A stretch of DNA of 64,000 bases from Ascidiella aspersa (lineage: Eukaryota). Below the pieces are notes generated by a model. The model worked only from the letters and a program-made list of their open reading frames with translations, made no database searches and had not been told where the DNA came from. The stretch covers positions 32,860,001-32,924,000 of the forward strand of contig OZ004608.1 of NCBI GenBank assembly GCA_963924565.1, read 5' to 3'. How positions within the stretch are numbered: the stretch's first letter is position 1; each line of letters begins with the position of its first letter. This document shows positions 1 to 11,138 of this stretch, piece after piece. The translations under genes and the position numbers were made by a program.

Positions 1-319
1 AAAGCAACAATAAGAGTCTGAGTCCAGTCTGCATTTCATAACACTTTTGGCTCAGCAAACCTGGGTAATACTAATGTTGTGTTTTCTGCTGTTTAATAGC
101 ATTTTGCACAACACAGATTGTGCAAAAATTACCGCCCTGACATCTATAAACTTAAGTACAGCTATTGCAGACAAAATATTTTGCCTGGTAAAAAGGAACC
201 GATTTTACATTGTTTTTGCAAAAATAATCTACAAAACTTTTAAAAAAAAATTCCACGTTTCATTCGATTCAAAATTCCACGTTTTATTTGATTCGTAGAT
301 TAATAGCATCACAAACCTA

Positions 320-589
320 AGACTAGCAGATAATAAATAGATTGCGGCACCCCTAAACGATTTTCCCATAGGTAATTCACTAGAATGTAAAAATAAACGG
401 AACTGGAACAACACACATCAACTGTACACAACGTAGGAAGTTATAACTGGATAGGTTTATTCCACACTAATTTTACAAAAAAAGTCAGAAGATCTGAGCA
501 AAAATCAGATTCTGAAAGAGTTTGAAATATCTCCCGGCACCCTTGAGCATTAGAAATAGCACCCCAGTATGCCCGACTGGGAACCACTG
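320..589. mobile_element. Partial non-autonomous hAT-like element; second copy at ~60816-61005
   Basis: 329-470 (ataataaatagattgcggcaccc...gtaattcactagaatgt...cggaactggaacaacacacatcaac) recurs at ~60858-61000. This copy ends in the TIR-like gggaaccactg (579-589); the other copy starts with cattggttcttaacc. Confidence 0.65.
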
Positions 590-614
590 GTTTAGGCCAA
601 TATTTTAAAATTTG

Positions 615-878
615 GGCGCTCTTTCACTATTGTACGTAAAAATTAATAAAAAAATAATTTTCTTCAAATGTCGAATACCACAACACATATTGTTTGGGTT
701 AGAGAGCGGGTTAGCGTTTGGTTGAGTCAAGTTATTATTAATAATAAACATAATATTACTTGACCCACCCTCACCCAAACTCTAACCCGCACCCTAACCC
801 AAAAAATATGCGTTGTGGTATGCGGTATTATTATTTTTTTTTTGCATAACTTTTTACGTACAATAGTGAAAGAGCGCC
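615..878. mobile_element. Foldback MITE with GG termini and 8-bp TSD (Merlin-like)
   Basis: TIR GGCGCTCTTTCACTATTGTACGTAAAAA at 615 and its reverse complement ending at 878. Identical flanks AAAATTTG at 607-614 and 879-886. Inner arms are also inverted (gggttag.../...ctaaccc). Confidence 0.8.
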
Positions 879-1787
879 AAAATTTGTTATGTCCGTACTG
901 TTTTGTAGTAATATTTAATATTGTAAATTACCGGTCTTAAGCACAAGAAAGTCTTAAAATAAGAGCTGACGACAATGACTTTCAAAAAAGGATTGCACAA
1001 ATAAGTTGCATTCCCAACTTCCTTATTAAAATTTTGTTGTTTGGCGGCAATTTTTACTTGACATCAATCAGCTGCAGAAAGTAAACAAACAAAACAACGT
1101 GAGTCAGATGACTGGCTGCACGGCTGGTATTTAAACTATAGAGTTCTTACTCACTTCACGTTTAGCTGGTTTCGCCTATTCTTGTTATAATCGCACAAGA
1201 AAAACGCCTCAAGTCATCGTGTGGTCATAAATATTTAATGAGGACTATTTGGACTACTAAAAGTCTGTGCTGTGCTAAGAAACATTGCTGAAAAGCGGTA
1301 ACGTCGAACTTAATTTCGCCGTAACATTTATCCTTTTATCTTGTTTTTTACCGTTGTCTGGATTGAAGAAGGGGATACGTCTTGCAGTATCGCGGGACGC
1401 AAATTAGGTGTGGACTGAACACTTAGTAACGTGTGTTGTTTCTTTACATTCGAGCTAAATGTTGGATAATCGCAAGTGGTCTAGCGCAAATTGTTTAAAT
1501 TACGGCGCGCAAAGAAAATCGATAAAAACTTACAGACAGGGCTCCACGATCAAATAATTGAATAACACTAAAATCTATAATTACGTTTTCGACCTAATTG
1601 CATGTTTGTTTAGGTTATATATTGCACCAAGCCCCAATCAATCGTCAAGATTTTATAGTACTTTTACGTTAACATACTCGTTAAATGACACATGCAATAA
1701 ATAAGCAAGTTACTAAAATGCGGCAGGCAGCGGCAGTTACACATTCACCCATACTGCCCACAACATGGCCGCAACGAGACTCTAACT

Positions 1788-2325
1788 CAGGGGTGTCCAA
1801 CTCAAACATGCCGGCGTGCCAATTTTTATCTTATAACTTCTTCCCGTGCCAAAGTTACAGTTCTTTTTAATCATAAAAGCGCTTATTTTACCAAAAATAA
1901 TAACGTTTATTGAAACTTGAAAAAACAACTGTCTAGTAGAAATGCGCATCACTACATCAAAGTGTCTCTCGGTGAGCTGACTTTTGTTTCTTCACACCAA
2001 GCTGTATAATATTATGTGAATGCTAGCCTCCACACAGTATAATGTTACTATATCAAAAGTAATTGTTGGTGTCGTGATTGCCGCGATCGTTTTATACTGT
2101 GAACAAACAATGGTATATGGTGAACAAACAATGGTATATTGTGAACAAACAAATTCGCTGTACAACAAACTTAGTATTTTCTGACAATTGGCTGAATAAC
2201 AAATTGAGCTTTTTTGGCAATTGGCTAAATAAAAATTTTTGTATTTTTTGGGGAGGGCTTGCGTGCCATTTTTTATTAGGTCGCGTGCCACATTTGGCAC
2301 GCGTGCCGCTTGCTGGACACCCCTG
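1788..2325. mobile_element. Non-autonomous hAT element (MITE)
   Basis: 12-bp TIR CAGGGGTGTCCA. Perfect 8-bp TSD CTCTAACT (1780-1787, 2326-2333). Subterminal cgtgcca repeats and an internal 21-bp tandem at ~2098-2150. Confidence 0.9.
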
Positions 2326-2899
2326 CTCTAACTCGAAAGACATTTTATAATAGCCTACACTGCAAAGAACGGTAGGCCCACACGTTTTGGTGGTAAATAC
2401 CATTTTAGTATTACAGATTTTACAGTCATATTAGGTTTTAGCTCCTATCATGCGCCCCACACACTTCCCAACTACTTTTCCTGCGCATTATTCTAATTAT
2501 AAATATTCGTTTACGTGACATAGTATAGATACAGAGTAACAGTAGGCTAATATTAATATCTTACAGCCAAAAAAATCTTTATATTTGCCCCTCGACTGAC
2601 AATAGTACCGGTACCCTATAGTTATGTAGTATTTTTTTGTTCTGCGGGCACATTTCCCCCCGAGTTCTACAGATTCTAAATATTTCTCACAGTTACTTGT
2701 TTTGTTTTGTGATGGCAAGTTTTGATTCTATTTCTAACGTAAGTTTTGATTCTATTTTGTTTAAATGTTTGATGCAACGGTTTTTATGTCGCTGGTGGTT
2801 TTCTTTAAGCCATGTCTGCGCCTACTAATGTTTAATACCAAAACTCAACATTTATCGTCCTTAATAAGCTCTATTAAAAATATATTTCAAGTGTCAGTG

Positions 2900-2992
2900 C
2901 AGGGCTGCGGAGTCGGATCTGGACTCGCCATTCGAGCCCGGGTCTTGGCTGGGTCGATTTATTTGGCTCGAGTCGGACTCAGTGCTCGAGTA
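2900..2992. mobile_element. End fragment of a CAGGGCTGCGGAGTCGG-type hAT-like MITE
   Basis: Starts cagggctgcggagtcgga with gagtcgg/gactc repeats. The reverse-complement terminus (gactccgactccgtagccctg) occurs at 36126-36146. Confidence 0.55.
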
Positions 2993-3862
2993 AAATGGAA
3001 TTGCATAGCAAGGAATAGTTTCCAGGTATGTTATGACACCCCAGTTGGTTGAATTTTGCCTTATTCAAAAACTGCCAAACCAGCCGACATTTTATGTCAT
3101 AGATTTTGTTTGAAATTACGTCTAATCTAGACTAAAAGTTAAAAACATAGTGAACTTAATACAAACCGGATTTTCTTGATAAATTTTGGTAAAAAATACT
3201 TTTAATAAAAAATTAAAAAATTAAAATTCATGAAAGTTAAATTGTAATTGTGGTATATTTCTTGACTGATTCATGTGTTAATCATCGTTTTGCTGTAATT
3301 CTTGACGTTACATTTGGTAATTTCCCGCATAAATATTGGCAATTCCCTTATTCAGAATTTCTGTTCTGTCACGCTGCTGTGTAAAATTTTAAAAGTTATT
3401 ATATTCCAATAGTATCTTAACGAATATGTTGTATAAAACACCTATAAAATCAATTAAACTTTACTTATTAATCGTGTACTATTCAGCGTTCTCTCTGCAT
3501 TTATGATTTCATACCACTTGGCACTTTATGCATTACGCCTAACAGTGTTGCAAATTGACTTAAGTCGTGATGACTTTGCTTGACATGGTCTTAAAGTCGT
3601 TGGGTCAAATGACTTGGGTTAAAATTTATTTTTTTATTTATACAAATGAAGTATAAACTGTCTAACATTTTTGTGTGCGATTCACTAAGCTAGACATAAA
3701 TTGTCTTAAAAGCATGACGGGTGTGCCACATGCCGACTGGGCCAGGGACAGTTTATAGAAAGTTTTATTTGTGATAATGTAGGCTAACTACTTTTAAAAC
3801 ACTTGGGTGAATGGTATAAGCACCATCTAACTGTTACTTCTCAAGTTTTAGGATTTGTAGAG

Positions 3863-5728
3863 ATGTCAGATACAGAAACTGTGAACCCAACACCTGCAGA
3901 AGATGTGGCGACGAAACGTAAACAGGAGGAGCCTGAAGTCGATTCGGCCCCTCTCGTCAAAAAGAAAAAAGCAAGGGTGATGCCATATGAGCACATGTAC
4001 CTGGACAAGATGCCTTGCACCAATCACTACGAGAAAAGCTACATGCACCGCGACACAATCACCCACATTTCGTGCACTAAAACTGACTTCCTCATTACGG
4101 CAAGCTGTGACGGACACATAAAGTTCTGGAAAAAACAAGAGCTCGGCATTGAATTTGTCAAGCACTTTCGGGCACATTTGGGCCCTGTGACGTGCATGTC
4201 AACCAGCTACAACGGTGAGCTTATGAGCACCGTGTCAGTAGACAAAGCATTGAAGGTGTTTGACATCGTCAATTTTGACATGATTAATATGATTAACTTG
4301 GGATTTACGCCGAGCGTTTCCGAGTGGATTTATTCGCCCGGGAGCCGGATTGCCACCGTGGCTGTTGCTGAGAGAGACAGCAGCAAGATTTATGTCTATG
4401 ACGGCAGGGGAGGTTCAGAAGCGATGCACGTTATCGAGGGCATACACACAGATGTCGTCATTTGCATGTGCTACAACTCGGTGTACAAAATCGGCGTTTC
4501 TGCCGATAAAAAGGGCATGTTGGAGTATTGGGGCGGCCAAGAGCACGACTTTGTGTTTCCGAAAGGTGTGGTTAACTTTAAATTTAAAACCGACACCGAC
4601 CTTTATGAGTTGATCAAGTGCAACACCTACGCTATGACGATTGCCTTTTCACCTGACGGCAAGTTAATGGCCTGTACCTCGATGGACAGACATGTCAGGG
4701 TCTTTCATTTTCTCAGCGGCAAGAAGTCAAGGGTGTTTAAGGAGACCCTGGATGTAGTTGTCGAACTGCAGCAGACCAAGTCGCTGCTTCCCAACATGGA
4801 GTTTGGGCGTCGGCTTGCCGCCGAGCGCGAGTTGGAGAAATCCCTTGATAACTTTGCGCTGTGCAATTGCATCTTTGATGAAAGTGGTCAGTTTCTATTG
4901 TACGCCACCATGCTGGGTGTGAAGGTGATAAACCTGACGACCAACAGATGTGTTAGGTTTATTGGAAAACCGGAAAATATAAGGTTCCTCAACATCTCCA
5001 TGTTCCAGGGGTTCGGCGCCAAAACCAAGGCGACGCTAACGGCCGATATGCAAGCTTCGAACAACCCAGGCCTACAAGAAACAATCCTAGACCCCACTTT
5101 GTTTGCCACAGGCTTTAAAAAGAACCGCTTCTACCTGTTTTCACGGCGAGACCCCGATGATGCGGTGAACGCAAACACAGACAGGGATATCTTCAACGAA
5201 AGGCCAACCAAAGAGGAGGTGATGTCAGCCACACAGACACAAAATGAGAGGAAAACTTCCGAGACTGCAGTGATGCATACCGCAATGGGCGACATCCATT
5301 TGAAGCTGTTTGCGACTGAGTGTCCAAAAACTACTGAAAACTTTTGCGTTCACTCCAGGAACGGATATTACAATGGGCACATTTTTCACCGGATTATCAA
5401 GGGCTTCATGATTCAGACTGGAGACCCACTGGGTACCGGAACCGGCGGTGAAAGCATTTGGGGCGGAGAATTTGAGGATGAGTTTCACCCTAATCTCCGC
5501 CATGACCGACCCTACACGTTAAGTATGGCCAACGCTGGGCCGAACACTAATGGTTCGCAGTTTTTTATAACTGTTGTTCCCACCCCTTGGCTGGACAACA
5601 AACATACAGTGTTCGGCAGAGTTACAAAGGGCATGGAAGTGGTTCACAGCATTGCCACTACAAAAGTACACCCTAAAACTGACAAGCCATATGACGACAT
5701 TACAATTATTAGCATTAGCATAAAATAA
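3863..5728 (+). CDS. PPWD1: Peptidylprolyl isomerase domain and WD repeat-containing protein 1 (spliceosomal cyclophilin), single coding exon, 621 aa
   Basis: WD40 region ([52 protein letters not shown]) followed by a complete cyclophilin domain ([58 protein letters not shown]). The ORF-track start at 3803 is a TTG; the first ATG is 3863. Confidence 0.97.
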   Translation: MSDTETVNPTPAEDVATKRKQEEPEVDSAPLVKKKKARVMPYEHMYLDKMPCTNHYEKSYMHRDTITHISCTKTDFLITASCDGHIKFWKKQELGIEFVKHFRAHLGPVTCMSTSYNGELMSTVSVDKALKVFDIVNFDMINMINLGFTPSVSEWIYSPGSRIATVAVAERDSSKIYVYDGRGGSEAMHVIEGIHTDVVICMCYNSVYKIGVSADKKGMLEYWGGQEHDFVFPKGVVNFKFKTDTDLYELIKCNTYAMTIAFSPDGKLMACTSMDRHVRVFHFLSGKKSRVFKETLDVVVELQQTKSLLPNMEFGRRLAAERELEKSLDNFALCNCIFDESGQFLLYATMLGVKVINLTTNRCVRFIGKPENIRFLNISMFQGFGAKTKATLTADMQASNNPGLQETILDPTLFATGFKKNRFYLFSRRDPDDAVNANTDRDIFNERPTKEEVMSATQTQNERKTSETAVMHTAMGDIHLKLFATECPKTTENFCVHSRNGYYNGHIFHRIIKGFMIQTGDPLGTGTGGESIWGGEFEDEFHPNLRHDRPYTLSMANAGPNTNGSQFFITVVPTPWLDNKHTVFGRVTKGMEVVHSIATTKVHPKTDKPYDDITIISISIK

Positions 5729-6206
5729 AAAAATAAGGCATTATGTTCAATGTTTTGTAATGCCTGTTTCAATGAAGTTTCCTTTTTAAATACTGTTAGA
5801 ACTTCTATCTGTAAGAAAAACGCTAAGGTATATTTTTTTATCTACCTACTTGTCAGTAACAAAAGTTGTTTAAAATGTGTATATCAAATTCATTCTTTTT
5901 CTAGAAATTTGAAATGAAAAAAATAGTAGATCAATTGCATTTTTTGTAGCTCTTTTCTCTCAGAACGCTGGGCTATTTTTATATCTACTTTACTTTGGCA
6001 ACTGACAAAGTTGTTCAAAATGTGTTTTTTTCTTCCAGTTTTGCTTGTAATTTGCCAAACCGAAACAAATTTTAAATCAATTATTCTTGTGTTTTTTTCT
6101 GCTTGTAGCATAGACAAATAGAAATTAGGAACAGAGCTAGGAGTAAAGTAGTCAACAATTGACATGATGCTAGGATAGAGTAAATACAATTGAAAGTTCA
6201 AACAGA

Positions 6207-7659
6207 ATGGATTGTGCTGAAGAGCAAGCTGATGAGTTTGAGGCGCTCGCTTCTATCTTTATGGAGGATTTTTCAGACCTAGCAACTGTTCCCGCCTCCT
6301 GCATGATAGCAATCAAAGAAGTAGACTCAGATTTTGCAAACACTGTCTTCCAGTTAAAATTCACACTGCCTGGGGATTACCCTGGGACTGTACCTTGCAT
6401 TCAGTTTCCATTGAGAAGTGGTGCTTTCAAACCTGACCTGAAGCCAAATTTACTTCACTACTTAAAAGAAGTTGCAAGTGATAACCAAGGTCTTCCTTCG
6501 ATTTTCACGATAACGGAGGCGGCCAAGGATTGGTTAAAAGAAAACTTAAAATCTTATTGTGTCAACACAACTTCTAACTTTGATCCAAAAGTTGAGGAAA
6601 AGGGTTCTCAGGCAAGAGAAGAAAGACATATAGAGGCTCAAATTGAAGAAAACGTGAAGGATGAAACGGCGTCCTCGCAGGGCAAATGGGACTTTGTTAT
6701 CGGCCTGGTTGGAAAGCCGTCGGCTGGAAAAAGCACTTTCTTTAACGCGGCCACGAAAGGCACCAAGGCCAAAGTGGGCGCCCACCCCTTCACAACGATC
6801 GACCCCAATTTCGCCCAGGCCTTCTACACCATTCCAGACCCGGGGTCAAAATTGGGCGTGGTTTCGGCGCCTGCTTACGGGAAGCCAAACAACTTGGAGA
6901 GATATGTTCCAGTGCTGCTCAAAGACGTTGCCGGTCTCGTACCTGGAGCGTCCGACGGCAAAGGCAGAGGCAATCGCTTCCTTAACGATTTATGCGACGC
7001 TGATGTGCTCATACACGTGGTGGACGCCTCTGGGAAGACCGACGCTTTCGGTGAACCGGCGCCCGAGGGTCACGACCCCGGGTATGACGTCACGTGGCTG
7101 CTGGACGAGATTCGCGCGTGGATTCACGGCAACTTGGCGCGACGCTGGGAAGCGATCGTAAAGCGTCCAGAACGCCTAGCGGACATGTTTAGCGGCTACC
7201 ACTGCTCGCCTAAGCTAGTACGGAGCGCTTTTGTCCGCGCTGGACTGTCAACTAGCAATCTGGCGGAAGAACTGCCTTCCTGGGGTGACGATGTGGTTCA
7301 TAGGCTTGTTTCTGCCTTTGTAGCTGTACGATTTCCGATACTTTTGCTGCTGAACAAGAGCGACGATCCGAGCTCGCGCGAAAACATCGCGAAGCTTTCC
7401 GAACGCTTCGCCGACTGGCCGCGAATTTGCGCGAGCGCCCGGGTCGAGTGCGAACTCCAGAAATCGCTCCAAGAAGGCCAGGTTCTCGAAGATTCGCTCG
7501 CGAAAAAGCGCGAAGAGCTTTCGGAAAAGTTCGGAGGAACCAACGTCCATCTGGCCTTAAATCGAGCGGTCGAACTGCGCGCGCCGACCTACGCCTTTCC
7601 GGTTCACGACCTTTCGACCTTGACCTCGCACGAGCCGCAGCAGAAAGGTCAAAGTTCAG
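6207..7659 (+). CDS. RWD domain-OBG family (YGR210C-like) GTPase fusion, exon 1
   Basis: RWD signature (EEQADEFEALASIF...LKFTLPGDYPGTVP...GLPSIFTITEAAKDWL), then G1 GKPSAGKS, G2 PFTTIDPN, G3 DVAG (LKDVAGLVPGASDGKGRGNRFLNDL), IHVVDASGKTD, G4 NKSD and G5 SA. Donor CAG|GTAATT at 7659/7660, phase 1. Confidence 0.9.
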
Positions 7660-8261
7660 GTAATTACATGCAATGAGCGACAAGGTTGAGCGTAAAAATG
7701 TATTGTGTCAAAAAGTGCCCCGGCTGCACAATGAAAATATAACATAAACTAACAGAATATAGTGTATATCAAGAAAAAGTCGAAATGCTGTGCTTGAAAA
7801 AACTTCATTACACATCGCTTTTCTTGACTTGAAAGTTCTGTTATTTAGGTACTACATCTCAAGGCAAAATTAACCCTTTCTGAATAAAAAGATTTAAGAA
7901 ACGCATTTGTTTTTAAACTTATAAAATGTGCTGCATTATTTGCGACATTTTAGCGCTATTACTTGCATTATCCAGCTATTCGCCTCGGCACTAAACGAAG
8001 CGACAAACTCGGTCGAAAACTTGCTTTTTTTGCCTTACACTTTTAAAACCGTTTTTGCAAAAACACACATATGCTTGCAAGTGTAATTGAAGAGTTTGCT
8101 GCGACGGCCTCGGCGTAAGGAGTCTCAGCAGGCCAACGACTGGGAATGTCTCTGCCTTGCCGTACTTGCATGATTATTTATATTAGATCAATCAATTCCC
8201 CTTGAATACACTCACACATAAAAAAAAACATTATTAACGTATTCTCTCGCATCCAACTTAG

Positions 8262-8473
8262 GCGTTCTGCGTGATTGCCTTGTGCTGAAACCTGGCACCA
8301 CCGTCCAGCACCTCCACACGCTCATGCGACATCACTACCGACTCGTCACCGGAGACTTTGTGAGGGCGGAGGCGCTCACAGGTCAGAGGGGACAGACACG
8401 CATCGTACGCAAGAATGACGTCATCAATAGGGAGAATTGCGTCATCAAGATCATGACGACTAAGCGGAGCTGA
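8262..8473 (+). CDS. RWD-OBG GTPase fusion, exon 2 (C-terminal TGS-like domain)
   Basis: Acceptor ccaacttag| at 8261. The phase-1 join reads G-VLRDCLVLKPGTTVQHL...GDFVRAEAL...VIKIMTTKRS*, resembling the TGS-like C-terminus of YGR210C-family GTPases. Spliced CDS is 1665 nt = 554 aa. Confidence 0.88.
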
Positions 8474-10544
8474 GCCGCGAGATGTGTTGTAGTCAATTAG
8501 TCGTCACTTCCGTTTAAAAAAGCGAGCAAACACCACAAGTTCGTATTGTAAGGTGTTTTCGTTTGGCTGGTGGTGTGCGTTTTGGTAAAGGTGGAGTGTA
8601 TTTATTGACCACAGGTTAATTCGTTTGACAGTTTTGGAAAACACTATGATGCGCGATTAGTATTGATAACGGCAATTAGTATCGATAAGGGAAATCTTGA
8701 TGAAAAATATGCGCTCACAATTCTGATCTGTTAGGATTGTAATTCTACCCTCACTGAAGTATGGATTGTCGGGACCGCTATTTCGATAGCGGTAAACCTT
8801 ATAGGTTAGATGTGTTCTTCACTCAGAACAAAAACGATAAAAAAGCGTCGTTAGTAGCTGATATTTAAAATTTATTTGGATAGCAACGTTTGCGATATTA
8901 TTTTTATTTAGTATTCTCTATATTTTAGTATGGTGTGCTAGTAAATGTTTGTTTAGTGTGCAATATTTTCGAAGCACTTTATTTCATATAATCGTGTTGC
9001 AATTCAAGCTATCGCGTTCTTTTATAATCTATCTATGTCGTTCCTAGGCTACATTTTTTTTTGCCAATATAAAAATAAAAAATATGGTGTGATATTGTTG
9101 TCGCTGTGTGGCGCTAGAGAGTCGTAGTTAGAACAACTATTCAAACTGTTTTCAAGACCAGAGGTTTTAGGAAGTTAATAAAACGTACGCACCGAAGGAG
9201 ATTTCCAGCTGGTTATAAAGATATATATGGTAAACAGGGCGAACTGACACCGACGTCTTAAAATTAGCCCTGAATTTTGCAACCCTTGCGTTAGTATTTA
9301 TTTGGCTTAAGTTTGCTGTGGTATTTCCAACGTTATGTTTGGTAGGAAACGTAGTCTACCTATCAAGTTAGAAAACTCAAAAGTTAAATCGCAAACAAGG
9401 TATAGTTATCGGATGTGGGCTTCGATCCGACTTGATCTAACACCCTTATACCTATAGCACATGCAATAAGGCAGTGTCTCTCAATCCATGGTTTGCGACC
9501 CGAAACAAGGCAGTCTGTCAATTTGGTTGGGTCCCCGACTGAAGTATTTCACGTGGTTAGATTTATTGAGATTTGTTTCGAGCAACATTTTTCTAAAAAT
9601 TAGGGAAATTAAGCAATAAATACGAAGTCATATAACCATTAATATTTAAACTAGAATTTATTTATGATATTTGTCTTATTTTTTATTCACTTAAAAAACG
9701 AATTAATTAAAAATAGCCCGTCACCACTGCAGGCATTTGTCAGCACTAACGTGATAAAATCAGCTAGCGTCCATTTTCACGCAATTATCGTATTGCAAAA
9801 AATGAATTAAGCCAATAAAGCTTTGCTATTACACTTACGCTTAGGATTTAGGTGATCGCGAAAAAGGGCTGAGAACTCTGCAATAAGGTATGTTCATCAT
9901 TCTAAAATATTATATTGAAAAGCCAGCGGAATCTCGCCTTGCCAGAGATCCGGAACTCTGGTTTAGTCATCACGTTCCACCGGAACCAGTATAGTAGAGC
10001 GTTTTATGATCAAGCAACGCATAACGAGTCACAACCTTTCCAGCGCCGGTGACGTGAGCTCAATTTTTTCGCGCCGGTGACGCGTAATGCTTACGTCACA
10101 CATTAATGAGCATTGTGACGCTGGCAATTAATCATCGCTTCTAAATTTAAAGCGTCGAAATAGCGTTGACGTTACTTTTCATAGCAAAAGGTTGTTCTAT
10201 ACAAAAGACCAATTACCGGATATTAATATCGCGTTTGCAAAACCGGAAGTTATTCGGCAAAAAACAACATCAAATGCCCAGACCCCAGACAACTGCAACA
10301 TTCAATGCCGAGTTCTACTAATAGAGCAGGTAGCCGGGTTACGAAACATTTGTAATTATAGCCTTGTCGGGAGTATTTATATCTCATTTGGGACGAAGTA
10401 GTTTGACTTGACTTTTTAGACAATCAATTCCTACTACCATCAATCACTTTTTTATTTTCGAAATTAAAATTTGTCTTGAGCTTAAGAATTTATTAAAGTC
10501 AATTTTATGTGAATCGCGGCGGGCAAGTTAAATCATCAATTCAA

Positions 10545-10652
10545 CGGTCTATAGGTATAGCCGGAGGTTGCAAGTTCGAACCTCACTGCAGGCTAGTTGT
10601 TTTTTTCAGCCTGCCATCATTGACCGACAGACACGGCGAGTGTGCTATGGCT
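10545..10652 (+). mobile_element. tRNA-derived SINE-like head
   Basis: B-box-like GTTCGAACC in ggaggttgcaagttcgaacctcactgcaggctag. A similar copy at 45600-45694 shares the downstream catcattgac...cggcgagt...atggctt. Confidence 0.5.
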
Positions 10653-10739
10653 TCCGAAGCAGTATGATCCGGTATCGTTGGTCAAAAGCAACTAAAGAAG
10701 GGCGTAGTTGTTGAACACGTATGACGTATGTGTGGTATC

Positions 10740-11138
10740 CAGTGTTGTAATGACAGTCAATGACTTGACTTGACTCAAGTCTTTTGGGCAAATAACTTGA
10801 CTTGACTTTAGTCATTTGGACAAATGGCATGGCTTAAAATGAATTGTTTTCATTAAGCAATTTTTTTTGTAAAATTGCGTTATATATCCTAATCTTTGCA
10901 CAAAAAACAATTTGTTTGCTATACAGTATGTTTCGTTTATGTTATTTTTTACTTGAGTTTGCCAGTTTTCATAATTTAAAGTTTTATTTTTGTGACAAGG
11001 GCTTGACTTGCACTAACTATGACTTAACATGGACTTGACTTGTTATTTATTCAAAAATACCTGACTTGTACTTAAGTAATTTTACGAATGACTTGACTGG
11101 GAATTGAGTCATTTTGAAATGACTTGTTTACAACACTG
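10740..11138. mobile_element. hAT-like MITE, CAGTGTTGTAA family with gacttgact subterminal repeats
   Basis: TIRs CAGTGTTGTAA / TTACAACACTG. Colinear with the copy at 63503-63917. Fragments also at ~3543-3620, 16570-16604, 20870-20973 and 38868-39350. Confidence 0.8.

Noticed and set aside
3803-3862. 20-aa N-terminal extension of PPWD1 in the ORF track
   Set aside because: It starts at TTG and contains acceptor-like AGs. The first ATG at 3863 is the sensible eukaryotic start.
7660-7676. ORF-track end of the GTPase (GNYMQ*)
   Set aside because: Read-through into the intron. The GT donor at 7660 and in-phase exon 2 supply the conserved C-terminus.
6661-7683. Overlapping alternative-frame and antisense ORFs, also seen over PPWD1 and PPP1R3
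   Set aside because: Shadow ORFs expected from GC-rich coding sequence; no recognisable domains.
10560-10595. tRNA gene
   Set aside because: Only a T-arm/B-box-like part is present, with no acceptor stem or D arm; treated as SINE-like.
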